Of a stretch of DNA of 64,000 nt, positions 60,491-64,000 are shown in pieces. Under the pieces are notes generated by a model that was not told the origin of the DNA, did no database searches, and saw only the letters and a program-made list of their open reading frames with translations. A program made the translations under genes and the position numbers. The first letter of the stretch is position 1. Each line of letters begins with the position of its first letter. The DNA lies in the NCBI GenBank assembly GCA_028534125.1, contig CM052821.1:18476001-18540000 (forward strand), given 5' to 3'. Source of the DNA: Lama glama (Eukaryota).

Positions 60491-63400
60491 ACTATTGGTA
60501 CATTAAAAACAGATAATGGAATGTCTTCTCTGAGTGAATAACCATCATCATGACTACACTTAACTCATTCTGCTTATTAAAGTGTTTTTTCTGCACATTT
60601 TTTAATGCTAAACTGAATCTGGAAGAGGAAATGGTCACACTCTAAATGGGCTTGTCCCCCCTACTGGATAGGTGGTGAAGAGAGGAAACTGAGGAGGGGT
60701 AGGCAGAGGGTGCAGAGACTAAACTAGCTTATGAATGATCCCTGATAGTCAGCCAATATCCCCAAACCATAATTATAAGGGACATGCATCACAATTGCAG
60801 TTGCAGTCCAAACAGACTTCAACCCGAAAGAGAAGCCAAGAGTAACTCACTGGTCATCAGAAAGCAGGAGTCACCATAGTGCTAAGAACCGGGGGAATGG
60901 TGACATTGCTGTTTCAGGGTCTACTTGATTTAAAAGAATGTTCTCTCCAGTAGTGAAGGCTGGAAATGGCTAGGCAGGTTGCCAAGCTCCTTTCCAAGGT
61001 CGACTGGGTTCAGAGTAGGGCTCCCCAAAAGGAAACTGGAGTACCATTTTCAAATTTAAAATAGCAATAACTCTGCCTTTCATATCTAGCAATCCTAGCA
61101 GGGGTAGATAAAAGGCTATAGCTTCTGCAAATGCCAAAACTCATCATTTCCTTGCTTAGCGTTTGGCTCAACTAGGAAAAAAAATTGTTAGTGAAGCCTT
61201 AATATTATCTTCTTTTAGTAATAATCTTAGACCCACAGAAGTTACTATTTTGATGATATATGATGTAACACATCATATGAAATTATACTATGTATGACTT
61301 GTGGGACAGTCAGTCTGACAATGATATGCCCCAGAAAAATCTGTCCATATGTAACAGGAATTCCCACTAGAAGTAAAACTGGAATCTAGACCTAGGGAAA
61401 GAGGGCTTGTTTATGGGATTTTGGAATTATGATGGACCACCAGTCATAGAAGAGATCCTGAGCCACCACACAGAGAGGTAATGTAGACTAGGATCAAGGA
61501 AGAAGTCAAAGTCTGCCCTCTGGGCTCACTTAACATGAGGTTAAGTCAGCTTGTGACTCAAAGAGTATGACAGTATTCGGGGCTCGACACTGATAAGGGA
61601 TATACTAATACAGTGGGTACACGGTTTGGTTAGCAAAATAAAAATACTCTCCTTAGATAATGATTGACATTTAAGATGCTATTAGTGGAGGTAAGTGAAC
61701 ATGGGTAGGAGGATCATTTGTTTATTTGCTTTTTCTCTGTTTGTTTTACGATGAAGGAGAATGGAGTATTTTTGGAGGGTCAGAGGAGTGAGCTGTAGAT
61801 AATCCCAAGGGAGCTAGAGGTGAGGCTAAGCACCACAGACAAGTGGATAAGCTCTAAACAGAACAGCAGAAACCTTGTTATCACAATGGCTAATTAAGTA
61901 TCACTTCATAATTCAATCTTCCCACTAGACCTCGGGATATGCAGCAACTGGTCAAGGATCACAGCCAACATCATACATATAATGGTGGCATTCTATCCTG
62001 GGTGTAGATAATGACAATTTCTCCTATTTGTCTGAGAGTTAGGAGATTAAAACTCAAATTGATATGGATTCTTGGTCATTATATGGGAACTTAAAATCAC
62101 ATTTGAAAAACAGAGGAATTTCATATCACTTTTGCTAAAATGTCAGTAAATAAAGTCCAATGGCCTGGCCCCAACAACTGAGGTTGGGGATTTCCCTCTG
62201 CACCTTATTGTTACCATTTATCACTAACATGACAAACCTCAAGCAAAAAAAAAAAAAAGAAGTTCAATGGGCTTTAAAAAATCCCATGAGGACTTTTGTT
62301 TCTTCGTATTTTTCCTGGCCCTCATGTATTATTTCTATGATAGCAACTCAGTGGCAATAGCTAGGGTGGTGATTGTGACTTTTCCCTCTTACAACTTAAG
62401 GCCAAAGCACTGTGGTGGGACCTACTGAGAAGTTTGCTTCCTGTTAGTACACAGTTTGCTACGAGTAACCCTTTCTCTGGGCTGCCAGGGCCTGTGGTCT
62501 GAACTGTGTGACACTAACATCCAATTACGGTAAGATGTCTATTTAATAACTGACATTTCCAGTAAACTTGTTGTGGGTTCCATATGTCTTAAGGCTAATT
62601 AGAAAAGTTTCAGAGGATACTAAGAAATACCTTATTGACAAAATTTACACTTGTCTTCTGATTTATCCTGACTGAAAACATTAAGGATTCTCCTTGGAGC
62701 TGTTTCAGACATAGCCAGGAGAGATGTGGTTAAGACTATAGTGATCAAATCCTTGGAGTTACGAAGCTTAGCACTATTTTTGCTGGATAGGAAACATTTT
62801 CAGCTGATGAGATCAGGTACAGAGAACCACCAGAGAAGTCCTTTTAAGTTTTCCATGGTCTGGTGACAAATACATAGCCTCTCACGCTTATCCTCACTTC
62901 AACTAAAATATGGCAGTTCCTAGCAACACTCTCCCTCCAGTCATCAGCATAGCTCAACAGCAAACAATTCTATGAGTTCCCCCAGTTAATGTAATCAGTT
63001 GGATCTGCTTCCTCAAGAACCAATGTTAAGTTTTTCCACAACCTTATCAGGTTCTACATATAGGTACTTATGTAGTTAACAAAGTAATTAGAAATACATA
63101 TCATGTAAGCTCTAAGTTTTTTCAGATAGGAAGTTTGCATTATTTTTCTCTTTTAAACATCTTGCAGAAGAGAAAAACTATCTCTTCTCTTTCTTCCAGT
63201 TTTGATAGGATCAGCCAAGGTGTAAATTTTAATCACAAGAACCCACGAATCTTGGTTTCAAAAAGTCAGATGCCAAGTTGGAAAGCTGTGTTGGGGGAAT
63301 TCAACAAATGCTCATACATTTTTCTGTTCTTCTCCAGAAATACAGAGCTGATAATATTAAATGAAAATGTCCACAAGATGTATAACACTTTGTGGCTAAG

Positions 63401-63849
63401 CTGTGGAGTTTAAATAATGTTTTTGTCTGATCAGTTGGGAATAACATATTATATTACTTATCACTTTATAATTCACTATCAAGTATTTTATTTCATTTGA
63501 TGCTAAAAAATCCCCACTAGGTAAGCAAGGCACATATTTCCAAACCCCACTACATAGACTGGAAGAAATTTCAGAGTGTTTAGGGACTACATCAAGGTCA
63601 GTCATCTAGTAATTAAAGAGTAAGAAGTAGATGATAGGACTCAATCTGTCTGACTATACCAAAGATGCAAGATGTAGCCATTTAATTTATAATTTGTAAA
63701 ATTATAATCACTTAATATATAATTTGTAAAAACTTGAAATGTTCTTTAGCTAGCCATCCTTTGTATAAAGGAAGACTCACCTACATCTAATCTCCTAAAA
63801 GAATAGGCTAAAATGGTCTGTGCTCCATATGGCTGTATAGCTACACTCA

Positions 63850-63975
63850 ATCCACTGATAGGGCTTTCAGTCCCTACACTACATTGAAATTGTTCTCAAA
63901 AAAGTTTGTGACAACCTTCCAATTCAATGAACACTTTTTTGACCTGACTTTACTTGAATTCATGGCATCAATTTT
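63850..63975 (+). mobile_element. L2 ORF2 fragment
   Basis: CTACATTGAAATTGTTCTC...CAATTCAATGAACACTTTT...TTTACTTGA. Confidence 0.5.
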
Positions 63976-64000
63976 TCTGTGTTTTCTTAGGATGGGCAGC

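Noticed and set aside
1-64000. Whole window as a single plus-strand intron (begins GTAAGG, ends TTTTCTGTGTTTTCTTAG|GATGGGCAGC at 63990)
   Set aside because: Window edges are presumably arbitrary, the acceptor abuts an L2 relic, no exon sequence is available to test it, and the retroposon strand bias points the other way

Overview
AT-rich, CpG-depleted mammalian non-coding DNA (intronic or intergenic), almost certainly camelid: it carries a tRNA-Ala-derived vic-1-type SINE and young L1 3' ends of the camelid type. No protein-coding gene, RNA gene or CRISPR array can be supported. The short ORFs are chance or repeat-derived; only Tigger1 transposase and L1 ORF2 relics are recognisable as coding. 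A large share of the window is interspersed repeats: MIR, L2, old and young L1, MaLR/ERVL LTRs, hAT MITEs, Tigger1 and Tigger2-derived MITEs. Subfamily names come from my recall of consensus sequences, and boundaries of old elements are approximate. The most unusual items are: (i) an ERV1-type LTR apparently retroposed by L1 as an RNA (PPT-U3-R-polyA, no U5, 11-bp TSD) at 26727-27288; (ii) a chimeric young-L1/ancient-L1 retroposon inside a perfect 15-bp TSD at 53480-53773; (iii) three N-runs that look like length-preserving masks inside Tigger1; (iv) two minus-strand exon candidates plus a plus-strand bias of young retroposons, hinting at a host transcript on the minus strand. I found no convincing new multi-gene system.
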